The position numbers and the translations under genes were made by a program. The notes under the pieces were generated by a model. That model made no database searches, had not been told where the DNA came from, and saw only the letters and a list, made by a program, of their open reading frames with translations. DNA of 62,750 nt. Source: Candidatus Undinarchaeales archaeon (lineage in GTDB: Archaea; SpSt-1190; JASMDC01). Positions 17,635 to 27,289 of the stretch are shown here, piece by piece; positions within the stretch are counted from its first letter, which is position 1; the number at the start of each line of letters is the position of its first letter. Location: contig JASMDC010000019.1 of assembly GCA_030753015.1 (NCBI GenBank), positions 1 to 62,750 on the forward strand. Reading direction: 5' to 3'.

Positions 17635-17888
17635 TGGCAGACACCACGCCGGGTCGACGCAGTCGACGGGTCCAGCTCCTCCACGAACTCCCAGAAGGTC
17701 ACACAGGGGCAGAGCTCTGAGGTGAAGAGGGAGCACTCCTCCAGGCAGGCCGCCCGGGCCTCGGTGCCATCGATATCACGCACGGCGATCACTCGCCGGC
17801 CGTCGTCGCACGTTGTCTTGAGCACCGTGGGGCATGTGGGTGAGCCTAGGACAAGGGAGAAAAGGTCGTCGAGCACGTCGATGATCAT
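17631..17888 (-). CDS. Small Cys-containing hypothetical protein (85 aa) overlapping the tyrA start
   Basis: A TTATTAAG box lies 25 nt upstream of the ATG at 17888, suggesting a leaderless start. There are 4-nt overlaps with tyrA. Confidence 0.35.
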   Translation of the reverse strand: MIIDVLDDLFSLVLGSPTCPTVLKTTCDDGRRVIAVRDIDGTEARAACLEECSLFTSELCPCVTFWEFVEELDPSTASTRRGVCQ

Positions 17889-17969
17889 CTCAACTGGATA
17901 GTGTGCGTTCTCGCTTAATAAGCGTTTGTCCCGCGTCCGGGACCGCTACAAGGCGCTATGATCGTGCTA

Positions 17970-18884
17970 TCAGGCCCCGTGAACCTTCTCCAGGTCCTTG
18001 AAAAGGTCGCTGACCTCGTCGTATACAATGTCGGGGCGCTGCTCGGGAGCCCACTCGGAGACTATCTCCTTGTAGAAGTCCTCGTGGCGGCCCTTGTAGT
18101 CGGGGAAGTTGGTGAGGACGAAGATCTTCGTGGTGTCCTTGTCTCCCACGAGCATGTCGGTTGAGGGCGTGTCACCGACCATGGCGACCTTCTCGACACC
18201 GTCGCCGAGCTTGGCCTTGGCGTGCTCGAAGAAGTAATTTCCGGGCTTGAGGATGACCTCCTCGTTGTACTCGGTCGAGGTGGCCTTGAGCATGTCGCGG
18301 ATCCCGTTGGCGATGAGACCGCTGCTGGCTGTGTAGGCGTCGTTGACGCGGTACGCCGTGTCCTCGCCGCACACGAGCAGATCGGCGCCGTAATCGATGA
18401 CGGCGTTGGCCCCTGCCTCGATGTCCCGGCTGGACCACTCGCGCTTGTAGCCGGTGAGCACGGCATCGACCTTGGGGAGAGTGGCACGCTGGTCGCTGTC
18501 GGGGTGAATGTCCTCGGTCGTAAGGACGTTGTAGCCCGCATCGCGCATCTTCTCCATGATCATGTCGTCCTTCTCGTAGATCGCGAATACGGTCTTGTAA
18601 CCCTTCTCACTTAGGTAGTTCAGCGTGGCCTCGGCACCGGTGTAAACCTTGCTCTCGGGCACATCGAACTGTTGAGCATAATCTGAAGCCATCTTGGATG
18701 TATTGTTGGAAGCAATGGCGAAAGGTACGTTCTTGTCCTGGAGGTACTGGAGGCCTTCTTTGACGCCACCGAAGATCTCGGTCCGTTCATCGACGAGCTC
18801 GGTGAGAACTCCGTCCTTGTCGATAAGATATCCATCGACACCCTTCAACAGGGCCAGTCTCTCACTTTCAGGAATCTCATACAC
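17970..18884 (-). CDS. HAD-IIA family hydrolase (NagD/p-nitrophenylphosphatase-like)
   Basis: It has YLIDKDGVL and MVGDTPSTDM motifs. The start is ambiguous: a GTG at 18884 or 18902 lies downstream of CTATATAAAC/TTAATAAC boxes. The ORF-track start at 18980 would overlap the neighbouring gene. Confidence 0.65.
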   Translation of the reverse strand: MYEIPESERLALLKGVDGYLIDKDGVLTELVDERTEIFGGVKEGLQYLQDKNVPFAIASNNTSKMASDYAQQFDVPESKVYTGAEATLNYLSEKGYKTVFAIYEKDDMIMEKMRDAGYNVLTTEDIHPDSDQRATLPKVDAVLTGYKREWSSRDIEAGANAVIDYGADLLVCGEDTAYRVNDAYTASSGLIANGIRDMLKATSTEYNEEVILKPGNYFFEHAKAKLGDGVEKVAMVGDTPSTDMLVGDKDTTKIFVLTNFPDYKGRHEDFYKEIVSEWAPEQRPDIVYDEVSDLFKDLEKVHGA

Positions 18885-18948
18885 GATAGTGTACCCCCGC
18901 ACTCTATTACATGTTATTAATGTCGTTTGATGTTTATATAGTTTACTA

Positions 18949-19683
18949 CTATTCAGGGGTAACATTGGTGCTCGAGGCACTAACCACCGCCGATTTCAGG
19001 CACTGCGCCCTGTAGTAGGAGTGCTCGCTCATCTCCTCGCATAGCGCGGGATCCTTTCGGGAAGTCGCCACGTTGAAGAGGCACACGTCACGGGGCCCAA
19101 TGTCCGTGATGGCACGGCACACCGCGGGATCGCTCGCCCCCGCGACGAGGTTGGTGATGCACAGGTCACGTTTTGCCGCACGCTCGATAGAAGAGCACAT
19201 GGACAGGTCCCTGGTGACGAAGGCCCTGCACTCCACACGGTCGTCCTGGTTCTCCATCTTATCGCATGTCGTGAGATCGCCGGTCCGGTTGGCGACACGC
19301 CTGATGCATGCGGTGCGCTCGTGGAGGATGTCCAGCCCCAGACATTCTGAAATGTCCCCCTCGCCGAGCAAGGGAGCCGCTGTGGCCGAGGCTTCGGTAC
19401 CGTTCCCTTCATCGAAGGCCCAGTCATCGTCAGGGAGCGGGGCATCGGATCCTGGGGCCTCCCCCCCGCCAGGGAAGAAGAACCAGGTGGCCAGGAATCC
19501 CACGGCGATGATCCAGACCATCACCACCATAGCGGCCTTCAGGGACGTATCGGATGAGCCACCACCCAGAGCCACCTCGATCTCGGCGGGATCGTATCCC
19601 TGGGATGTGAGGTTCTCGCGAAGGTTGTCATCGGTATATCCCTGCTCGCGCCAGTACCGGACATAATCCTCCAGTTGACCCAT
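18949..19683 (-). CDS. Hypothetical membrane protein with an extracytoplasmic Cys-rich domain
   Basis: A single TM (AAMVVMVWIIAVGFLATWFFF) is followed by a domain containing about 12 Cys. Confidence 0.45.
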   Translation of the reverse strand: MGQLEDYVRYWREQGYTDDNLRENLTSQGYDPAEIEVALGGGSSDTSLKAAMVVMVWIIAVGFLATWFFFPGGGEAPGSDAPLPDDDWAFDEGNGTEASATAAPLLGEGDISECLGLDILHERTACIRRVANRTGDLTTCDKMENQDDRVECRAFVTRDLSMCSSIERAAKRDLCITNLVAGASDPAVCRAITDIGPRDVCLFNVATSRKDPALCEEMSEHSYYRAQCLKSAVVSASSTNVTPE

Positions 19684-19716
19684 CCGAATGGTAGATAGCG
19701 CCCAAAATAGATAAGA

Positions 19717-21276
19717 TTACTCTTCACGGCCGAGGCGCTCGATGGCCGCCGTCACAAGTGCTGCACTGTCCCGGACGTCACGCACGTCACCGGTCTCGGG
19801 GATGCTGTGCATGTTCTCGATGGGGATGGAGAGCACGGCCGTGTCCACATCGGCATCGAAGTAGGGCAGGCCGTCGGTGGTCCTGATATCGAACCGGTAC
19901 GAGTAGGGCGATACCTGGGTGGCCATACCGAGCTCCTCACCAGCGGCGAACAGGGCATCGGTCGCCTCGTGCGCAACGGATTTAGGAGCCTTCGTGATGA
20001 CGGGCCCGCCGCCCATCTCAACACGGTCGAGATACGTCACGTCCACAGCGATAGCATAGTCGGGGTGGATCTTCTCGGCGATGTGACCTGCACCGACCTG
20101 TCCGATCTCCTCCATGGAGGCGCCAACGATGTACACCGTCGGGCCGTCGTTGCCGCGTTCCCCGAGGGTGCGGGCCACGTCCATGAGCACCGCCACGCCG
20201 GCCCGGTCATCCAGGGCCTTGGTTGTGATGCGGGTCCCGTCGAGCTGCGGCTCATAGTCATGGTTCCAGTGGGGCACCTCGTCGATGTGTGCGTCCACGA
20301 GCACCGATGGACCGGTGCCGTGCTTCACGCCAACGAAGTTGTTGTGCTCGTCGATGTAGCACTCGTCGAGGTACGAGGTGAGGTTCTCCACGAGGTACTC
20401 GGCCACGGGGCGTTCGCGCCGGCTGGGCGCGTACATGCTCGTGAGCTCGATCAGGTCCTGAGTGACCTGGTCAGTGGGCTGTGGGGGGAGCATCTCCGGC
20501 CAAGTGGCCGTAGGGGTCCGTCCGAGCTGCTCGAGCGCGCCCTTCACGACCTCGGCGGTGGCCCGGACATCGCGCACATCACCAACCTCAGGGACACGGT
20601 GCATGTTGGCGATGGGGATGCACACTACTGCCGTGTCCATGCCCAGCTCCCTGTAGGGGAGGGCGTCGGTTGTCTCCACATCGAAATCGTAATCGTAGGG
20701 AGATACCTGTGTTGGGATGCTGTACTCCTTGCCAGCAGCGAATAGGGCGTCAGTGGCCTTGTGCGGTACGGTGTCTGGTGCCTTCGTGATGACGGGTCCG
20801 TCGCCACGTCGCACACCGTGCATGTAGGTGACGTCAACGGAGAAGGCGTAGTCTGCCAGCACCTCGGCCGCGACCTCACCAGCGCCGATCTGGCCAATCT
20901 CCTCCTTGGTGGCCCCCACAAGGTACACCGTGGGACCGTCCTTGCCCTGCTCGTTAAGATAACGGGCGAGGTCCAGGAGCACCGCCACGCCGGTCCGGTC
21001 GTCCAGGCCCTTCGCACGGATGGTGGTCCCGTCCAGCTGAGGCTCATACTCACGATACTCCGGATTCCGTCGGGATATCTCGTCGATGTGGGCGTCCACG
21101 ATCACCGTGGGCCCCGTACCGTACTTCACACCGACGACGTTGTCGTTCTCGTCGATGTAGACATCGTCGAGTAGGGGTTCGAAACGATCGAATAGGTACT
21201 CGGCCATCTCCTCCTCATGACCGCTTGGTGCATACATCCCCGTAAGTTCGAGGAGATCTTCGACGATCTCGTCCAT
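19717..21276 (-). CDS. Tandem-duplicated M42-like (TET/FrvX-type) metallopeptidase, two fused catalytic units
   Basis: Each half of roughly 260 aa starts with an FrvX-like N-terminus. Each half carries the HxDE, DDRxG, EEIG, VDVT and MH metal-ligand motifs. Halves are about 50% identical. Only about 25 aa separate HIDE and DDR, whereas TET peptidases have a dimerization domain of about 110 aa there. Confidence 0.65.
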   Translation of the reverse strand: MDEIVEDLLELTGMYAPSGHEEEMAEYLFDRFEPLLDDVYIDENDNVVGVKYGTGPTVIVDAHIDEISRRNPEYREYEPQLDGTTIRAKGLDDRTGVAVLLDLARYLNEQGKDGPTVYLVGATKEEIGQIGAGEVAAEVLADYAFSVDVTYMHGVRRGDGPVITKAPDTVPHKATDALFAAGKEYSIPTQVSPYDYDFDVETTDALPYRELGMDTAVVCIPIANMHRVPEVGDVRDVRATAEVVKGALEQLGRTPTATWPEMLPPQPTDQVTQDLIELTSMYAPSRRERPVAEYLVENLTSYLDECYIDEHNNFVGVKHGTGPSVLVDAHIDEVPHWNHDYEPQLDGTRITTKALDDRAGVAVLMDVARTLGERGNDGPTVYIVGASMEEIGQVGAGHIAEKIHPDYAIAVDVTYLDRVEMGGGPVITKAPKSVAHEATDALFAAGEELGMATQVSPYSYRFDIRTTDGLPYFDADVDTAVLSIPIENMHSIPETGDVRDVRDSAALVTAAIERLGREE

Positions 21277-21659
21277 TCCTATGTACCCCTGGCAGCGGTT
21301 AGCAGGGTCCGGTGCTTAAAAACATTTCGCTTACGGCCGGAAGTAGGAGAGTATAATGCAGGCGCTCATGTCGTTCGGGGGGGACGATAATATCCGGAAA
21401 CGTGAATCGTCCACTCAATCTTTATAACCCATGAAGGGGAATATAATGACATGCTCGACCAGGGCATGCCCGCGTTCGATGGGCGGCTCTCCCACTATCA
21501 GGAGACAGGGGAGTGCCCAACCTCGTTGAACGCCCGTAACGAGGATTCTGACGACCTCTCCGGACTGCTCTGGGAGGACCTTTTCGCCATGCCATAGTGC
21601 CGCATGAGCCATTAAAATTTAAGCAATGACTCAGTTCTCTGTTGGTAGCAGGTAGACCC

Positions 21660-24600
21660 ATGGCCACAAAGCCACCGATCGCCGGCCCTCGTCGCGCCCA
21701 GCGACTACGCCAGCGGGACGAGCATATCAGCTCTGCCCAGGACCACGAGGACGCCGAACGGTGGTTCGAGGCCGCGCGGGATTGGCTACATGCCGGTCTC
21801 CCCCTCCGGGCAGCAGCTGCGTTCGCGAGAGCTGAGCTGTGGAGCGATGCCGCAGAGGCCTATGAGGAGGGCGAAGAGTGGGCCGACGCCGCCCGGGCCT
21901 GGTCGAAGGCTGGAGAGGCGATGGAGGCCGACGGCCTGTGGTACGAGGCATCACAAGCCCTCGACCGCGAGAGCGTCTGCCGCGAACATGTCCGAGAAGA
22001 GACCGAGATCCGTCGCAAGCTCCATAAGGCAACCTCTCTAGAGGCGAAGGGCGAACCGGCCGAGGCCGCCAAGGCCTTCGAGGAGGCCGGAGAGCTCGTG
22101 CGCGCCGCGGAGAACTGGGAGGAGGCCGGACGCGAGCCTGAAGCAGCACGATGCCTTGAGCGGGCCGGTGATAACGCCCGGGCCGCGGTTCTCTATGAGC
22201 ATGCCGGGATGTGGCGTGAGGCCGCCGAGTGTCATCTCAGGGACGAGCGCTGGACCTCCGCTGCCGAGGTCTTCGAGAGGGCAAAGGACCACCCTGCCGC
22301 CGCGACCTACTTCGAGCGCAGCGGGAACCTAGAGCAAGCCGCTGAGAACCGGGAACGTGGAGGTGACTGGGACAGTGCCGCCGCCCTCTGGGAGCAGGTC
22401 GGGGAGCGTACCCGGGAGGTCAAGGCCCTTGAGAAAGCCGGCCGTTGGGCAAAGGCAGCCAGCATCCATGAGGAGCTCGGTGACCAGCGGAAGGCATCTG
22501 CTGCTTGGCGCAAGGGCATGCGCCCCGACCGGAGCGGCAGGAGCCGGGGTCTGGCCATGGAGGAGGCGGAGCGCTGGGCGGACGCCGCCGAGGCCTGGGC
22601 CGAGATCGGCGAGGCGGAGCGGGCCGCCCAGGATTGGGAGAAGGCCGAACGGTGGGAACGGGCCGCGGAGGCGTGGCTCGTCGCCCGGTCGTACGCCCGG
22701 GCAGCTCGGGCTTTCGAGAAGGACCGGGACTGGTTCAATGCCGCCCTCAACTTCGGTGAGGCGGAGGCCTGGGACGACGCAGGAAGGAACTGGGAGAAGG
22801 TTGATGAATGGAGCCGGGCCGCACGTGCATGGTCGAACGCCGGTGACCGGGCCGCTGCCGCACGCTGCTGGGGTCGGGCTGGTGAGTGGGAACGGGCCGC
22901 AGGTCACTACGAGGCCGCTGGCGACCACGCCTCTTCCGGTGAAGCCTGGCGTCGCGCGTCCCGATGGGCCGATGCCGCACGCGAACTGGAGGCAGCCCAG
23001 CAATGGAAGGACGCCGCCGAGGCCTATCGGAAAGCGGAACGTTGGTGGAAGGCCGCTATGCTGTTCGAGCGGGTCCGCGAATGGCCTACTGCCGCCGAGT
23101 GCTTCGAGCAGGCCCGGGACCTTCCCAAGGCCGCACTGTACTACGAGCGGGCCGAACGATGGGCGGACGCGGGCCGCTGCCAGCTGGCCGTGAAGCGTTA
23201 CCCGGAGGCGGCCGCCGCGCTCGAGCGTGCTGGCGACATAGAGAAAGCGGCTGCTGCCTGGGAAAAGGCCAACGACTTCGCCAAGGCCGGTCGAGCATGG
23301 GAGCGCCTCAAGCGATGGCGCCGGGCCGCCGCCGCGTTCCAGCGCGCGGGGATGCTCGCTGATTCCGCCTCTTCATGGGAGCGCGCCGAGGAGTTCGACA
23401 AGGCGGCGAAGCTGTACGAGGGGAACGAGGACTGGCCCGCCGCCGCGCGCATGCTCAAGGCGGCCGGGAAACCAGCGGCTGCTGTGTTCGAGAAGGCTAA
23501 GGACCTAGAAGCAGCGGCCAGCTGCTATGAGGATGAGGAGAACACCCTCCGGGCCGCGGAGCTGTGGCAAGAGCTAGGGAACCTCCAACGCGCAGGCACC
23601 CTGTTCCTTGAGTCTGGACGGCCCGAGGACGCCGCCGTCGCCTTCGAGGAGAAGCTCCTGTGGAGTGATGCGGGTGACGCGTGGCGCTCCGCAGGACGGC
23701 TCGAGGAGGCCGCACGGGCTTACCAGAAGGCCGAGCGTCAGGATGACGCTGCGACCTGCCTGGAAGAGGCAGGCAAGTACACCAAGGCCGGGCGGCTCCG
23801 AGAGGAACTGAAGGCCTACGTCACCGCCGCAGAGGACTTCGAACGGGATGCTAAGTGGGACCGCGCAGCTGCCGACTGGGAGCGCGCCGGACGATGGGAG
23901 GAGGCAGGGCTGGCCTGGGAACGGGCCAAGGATTCCGGCCGAGCTGCCGAAGCGTTCTCCCGGGCCGGCGATCCCGCAAGGGCTGCGTCCCTGTTCGCCA
24001 ATGCAGCCCTCCACGAGCAGGCCGCCAAGGCCTATGAGAAGGCAGGCGACTGGGAGCATGCGGCCCTCTCCTGGGAGCATGTGGGCGAACATGCCAAGGC
24101 CGCCCAAGCCCTGGAGCGAGCGACCGCCTGGGACCGTGCAGCCCGTCGCTGGGAGGCCGCTGGTGAGCCCGCTCGTGCTGCTGCTGCTGCCGAACGGGCC
24201 GGGCTCTTCGACGACGCGGCCCGCCTTTGGGAAGAGGCCGAGGAACTGGAGCGAGCAGCCGAAGCTAGCCAGCGCACCGACGATGCGGCTCGCACCGCTC
24301 GCCTCTGGGATGCGGTCGGGAAGGGCGAGCACGCAGCACGTTTCCACCTCGCTGCGGGCGATCCCGAGAAAGCGGCTCCGTTGCTAGAGCTTGCAGGGCG
24401 TATCGAGGAGGCCGCAGCCGCTTACGAGGACGCCCGCGACATCGCCAAGGCGGCACGGCTCTACGAGTCCGCCGGGGACGTCACCAAGGCAGCCAGCCTC
24501 TACGAGCGACTGGGCGAGCACGCCAAGGCCGCCAAGCTCCATGCGAGCCAGGCCAACGCCCCTGAAGCTGCCCGTCTCTACGAGTCCATAGGCGAGTTCG

Positions 24601-25565
24601 GGGACGCTGCCAAGTACTTCGAGGCCAGCGGTGACTTCTCCCGGGCAGGGGATAGCTACGAGAAGGGTGGTAAGTTCACCGACGCGGCCATGAACTTCGC
24701 TCGCTCCGGGGATATGGCCCGAGCAGGAGCGAGCTTCGCTGCCGCGGACGACTTCGCCCGTGCTGCAGAGGCATTCACCGAGAACGGCGACCACGTCCTG
24801 GCGGCCGAGCAATGGGAGAAGGCCGAGGAACCTGCCAAAGCGGCCGAGGCCTACGAGCGGGCCGAGGCGTTCGACAAGGCCGCCGAGGCCTATGAACATG
24901 CTAACGAACTGGAGAAGGCCGCGCGTCTATTCACCCTGGTCCGCTCCTTTGAGCACGCGGCAGAGCTCTTCACCAAGCTCGGTCAGCATCGGGAGGCAGG
25001 CGTGTGTCTCGAGCGGGCGGAGCATTGGAGCGATGCGGCGGAGTCCATGGAACTGGCCGAGGACTGGGAGCAGGCCTTGGAGGACCACAAGCGGGCCGGT
25101 CATTGGGAGCGGGCCGCCAGTGTATGCTTCAAACAGAACCGGCTCATGGACGGCGTGGACCTCTTGCTCAAGGCCGGGAAGAACGAGGGCGCCGCCCGCC
25201 ACCTCTTCGAGAAGGCCTCACATACCATCATGGACCTGGACGACACCTGCACGCTCCTGGAACGCGCACAACGGATACACCGCACCGGCTCCATCGACGG
25301 CGCCCACCGCATCATCGCTGGCGCACTCAAGGGCCGGCTCGAGGACCTCCATAAAGGCACGTCCATGATGACCGATGACGCTGAGTTCGCCTTCCACGCT
25401 TCCAAGCGCTTCCTCCAGTTCGCGCGAGAAGAGGAGCGCAAGCTCGCTGCGAAAGCGCCTCGCAAGGTCCAGCACGCTGTGCGCATCTGCCCGGAATGCG
25501 GTGAGGAGATACGGCTCGCTAAGGTGCCGAAGTTCTGTCCTTTCTGCTCCAAACCGCTCGCGTGA
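21660..25565 (+). CDS. Giant alpha-helical repeat protein, with about 95 copies of a 13-residue AAxx(Y/W/F)ExAG(D/E)(W/F)xx repeat and a C-terminal CxxC...CxxC zinc ribbon
   Basis: The 13-residue periodicity is visible along nearly the entire 1300 aa. The C-terminus reads CPECGEEIRLAKVPKFCPFCSKPL. An ATTAAAATTT box lies upstream. Confidence 0.7.
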   Translation: MATKPPIAGPRRAQRLRQRDEHISSAQDHEDAERWFEAARDWLHAGLPLRAAAAFARAELWSDAAEAYEEGEEWADAARAWSKAGEAMEADGLWYEASQALDRESVCREHVREETEIRRKLHKATSLEAKGEPAEAAKAFEEAGELVRAAENWEEAGREPEAARCLERAGDNARAAVLYEHAGMWREAAECHLRDERWTSAAEVFERAKDHPAAATYFERSGNLEQAAENRERGGDWDSAAALWEQVGERTREVKALEKAGRWAKAASIHEELGDQRKASAAWRKGMRPDRSGRSRGLAMEEAERWADAAEAWAEIGEAERAAQDWEKAERWERAAEAWLVARSYARAARAFEKDRDWFNAALNFGEAEAWDDAGRNWEKVDEWSRAARAWSNAGDRAAAARCWGRAGEWERAAGHYEAAGDHASSGEAWRRASRWADAARELEAAQQWKDAAEAYRKAERWWKAAMLFERVREWPTAAECFEQARDLPKAALYYERAERWADAGRCQLAVKRYPEAAAALERAGDIEKAAAAWEKANDFAKAGRAWERLKRWRRAAAAFQRAGMLADSASSWERAEEFDKAAKLYEGNEDWPAAARMLKAAGKPAAAVFEKAKDLEAAASCYEDEENTLRAAELWQELGNLQRAGTLFLESGRPEDAAVAFEEKLLWSDAGDAWRSAGRLEEAARAYQKAERQDDAATCLEEAGKYTKAGRLREELKAYVTAAEDFERDAKWDRAAADWERAGRWEEAGLAWERAKDSGRAAEAFSRAGDPARAASLFANAALHEQAAKAYEKAGDWEHAALSWEHVGEHAKAAQALERATAWDRAARRWEAAGEPARAAAAAERAGLFDDAARLWEEAEELERAAEASQRTDDAARTARLWDAVGKGEHAARFHLAAGDPEKAAPLLELAGRIEEAAAAYEDARDIAKAARLYESAGDVTKAASLYERLGEHAKAAKLHASQANAPEAARLYESIGEFGDAAKYFEASGDFSRAGDSYEKGGKFTDAAMNFARSGDMARAGASFAAADDFARAAEAFTENGDHVLAAEQWEKAEEPAKAAEAYERAEAFDKAAEAYEHANELEKAARLFTLVRSFEHAAELFTKLGQHREAGVCLERAEHWSDAAESMELAEDWEQALEDHKRAGHWERAASVCFKQNRLMDGVDLLLKAGKNEGAARHLFEKASHTIMDLDDTCTLLERAQRIHRTGSIDGAHRIIAGALKGRLEDLHKGTSMMTDDAEFAFHASKRFLQFAREEERKLAAKAPRKVQHAVRICPECGEEIRLAKVPKFCPFCSKPLA

Positions 25566-25571
25566 GCAGCA

Positions 25572-26201
25572 TTACTGACCCGGCTGAAGGTTCATCGCTC
25601 CGCAGCGCTTGCAGCACCGGTATTCCGTGGGGCCTCGGTACACGATGGTGAAATCGGTGAGCTCCCGCTCGCAGTGACCACATTTCAGAGCACTCGAATC
25701 CTCGAGCTGCTGTGCGTACACGATGATGCCGCTCTTGCCGGGGGGCATGGACGCCGTACCAGCGTGGGGTTCTGTCAGCTCCTTCCGCGGCTCTCGTCGC
25801 CCCTCGTCCCGTGTCCTACGACGGGGCTGCCGTGACCGCGATCGGTCGACCTCGGTGGGTGTCGGAGCGGGAGCGCGCTCGGGGCCATCCTTGGGTGCCG
25901 GATCAGTCTTCCTTCCCTTTCGTCGCCGACGCCGCTTCGGATGCTCACCGGCCCGCTCGAAGTACACCTTTCGTCCCTCGAGATCGACCTCGGCCACCTT
26001 CCAGCTGGCGGTGAGCCAGGCGTTTGCCGGGGACCGGGGCCCTGTTGCCTCGTTGGTCCACCACTCGGCCTGCTCCAGAGCACGTGCTGGGAGGTCTACG
26101 CCGAGGATGCGTCGTTCGATGGTGGAGAACTTCAAGCACAGTTTCCGGCGGCCTTCCTTGGCCAGGAAATCAGTCAGCGGCTGGTATTTGTTGCCAGTCA
26201 A
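25572..26201 (-). CDS. Hypothetical protein with a conserved N-terminal domain (KYQPLTDFL...WW...AWLTASWKV), a basic linker and a C-terminal zinc ribbon
   Basis: It is a 209-aa ORF with a CGHCERE...CCKRCG motif. It is convergent with the giant repeat protein. Confidence 0.45.
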   Translation of the reverse strand: MTGNKYQPLTDFLAKEGRRKLCLKFSTIERRILGVDLPARALEQAEWWTNEATGPRSPANAWLTASWKVAEVDLEGRKVYFERAGEHPKRRRRRKGRKTDPAPKDGPERAPAPTPTEVDRSRSRQPRRRTRDEGRREPRKELTEPHAGTASMPPGKSGIIVYAQQLEDSSALKCGHCERELTDFTIVYRGPTEYRCCKRCGAMNLQPGQ

Positions 26202-26252
26202 CGGGAAGTTGATAGAGGGACATATTTATCAAGTCTTCCCCCGGGCGGCGTC

Positions 26253-27170
26253 CTATCGACCCTCGAACTCGCGGCGCGAGGTCGCGATCGCACCTGCAGC
26301 GGACGCGAGCACCATCACTCCCCCCAGACCCTGGAGCGGTACGACCGCCTGGGCAAAGAAGAGGGCGGCCCACAACGTCGTGAGCACGGAATCGAGCAGG
26401 AGAACGATACCCTCCTCCGTGGGATCGACCTCGTCCGTGTCCACCATGGTCAGGAGGGTGTAGGGTCCCGTGGTGGCCACCAGTGCGAACAGGACACCGA
26501 TGATAACCACGCGCCCAGTGGGCCAGGCGAGCCCGACGACCTCGATCGGGAGCGATGAGGACGAGAGCGCCAGGGCGAGCACGGCCAGGGACGGTAGGCT
26601 GAGCAGGAACACGGCCAGCTGGGCCCGGAGAGGGGGGTAGTCCCGGCGGGAGAGGGTGCGCTTGCCCCTGAGATAGAGCGCGTACAGGAGGCCGGAAGCA
26701 GCAGCAAGTATGACGCCGGAGCGGGTGGAGGGATCGCCGGCGGGCTCGCCGGCGACCAGCACGACACCCACCATCGCCACGAGGACCAAGCCCAGTCGGG
26801 ATGGCTTGAACTCCTCCTCACCGGCGGCCATGGCCATGATCATTGTCCAGAGTGGCTGTGTGTAGAGGAGGGCGACGGCGACGAGGGCCGAGGCACCCAG
26901 GGCGAGGCAGGAGAGGAAGTCCAGGAGGAACACAGTGAACAGGGTGCCCAGGCCCAGGAACAGCGGTAGGTCCTCGCGGCGGACCAGCGGTCCCTCGAGA
27001 CCACGAAGTGCGGGAAGGAGCAGCATCACCGAGAAGCTCGAACGGAACGCCACCTGCATCAGCGAGGAGACGCCCTCTGCTTCCAGCAACTTGGCGAACA
27101 CGAAGATGAACGAGAAACCTAAGGCCGCGGCCAGCACAAGAACATGACTCCGGGAGATGTGGTGCCTCAC
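26253..27170 (-). CDS. DMT-superfamily (EamA-like) transporter
   Basis: It has about 10 TM helices in two internally repeated halves. Confidence 0.6.
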   Translation of the reverse strand: MRHHISRSHVLVLAAALGFSFIFVFAKLLEAEGVSSLMQVAFRSSFSVMLLLPALRGLEGPLVRREDLPLFLGLGTLFTVFLLDFLSCLALGASALVAVALLYTQPLWTMIMAMAAGEEEFKPSRLGLVLVAMVGVVLVAGEPAGDPSTRSGVILAAASGLLYALYLRGKRTLSRRDYPPLRAQLAVFLLSLPSLAVLALALSSSSLPIEVVGLAWPTGRVVIIGVLFALVATTGPYTLLTMVDTDEVDPTEEGIVLLLDSVLTTLWAALFFAQAVVPLQGLGGVMVLASAAGAIATSRREFEGR

Positions 27171-27289
27171 GTCCTTCCACCCCCTGCTTCCAGTACTACG
27201 TTAACGCCTTCTGTCACCGTGCGATCGATTGGCGGCGTCGGAGACAGCTTTTTATACTTTTCCGTCCGCTGAATTTCTCGGGGTACGAC

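Noticed and set aside
21642-25565. Possibility that the organism is a haloarchaeon, given the high GC and some acidic proteins
   Set aside because: Most housekeeping proteins here (aminotransferase, AlaRS, ABC ATPase) are not globally acid-shifted, and Cys-rich surface proteins are atypical for haloarchaea. The taxonomy is left open, though the Gln+1 pilins look euryarchaeal.
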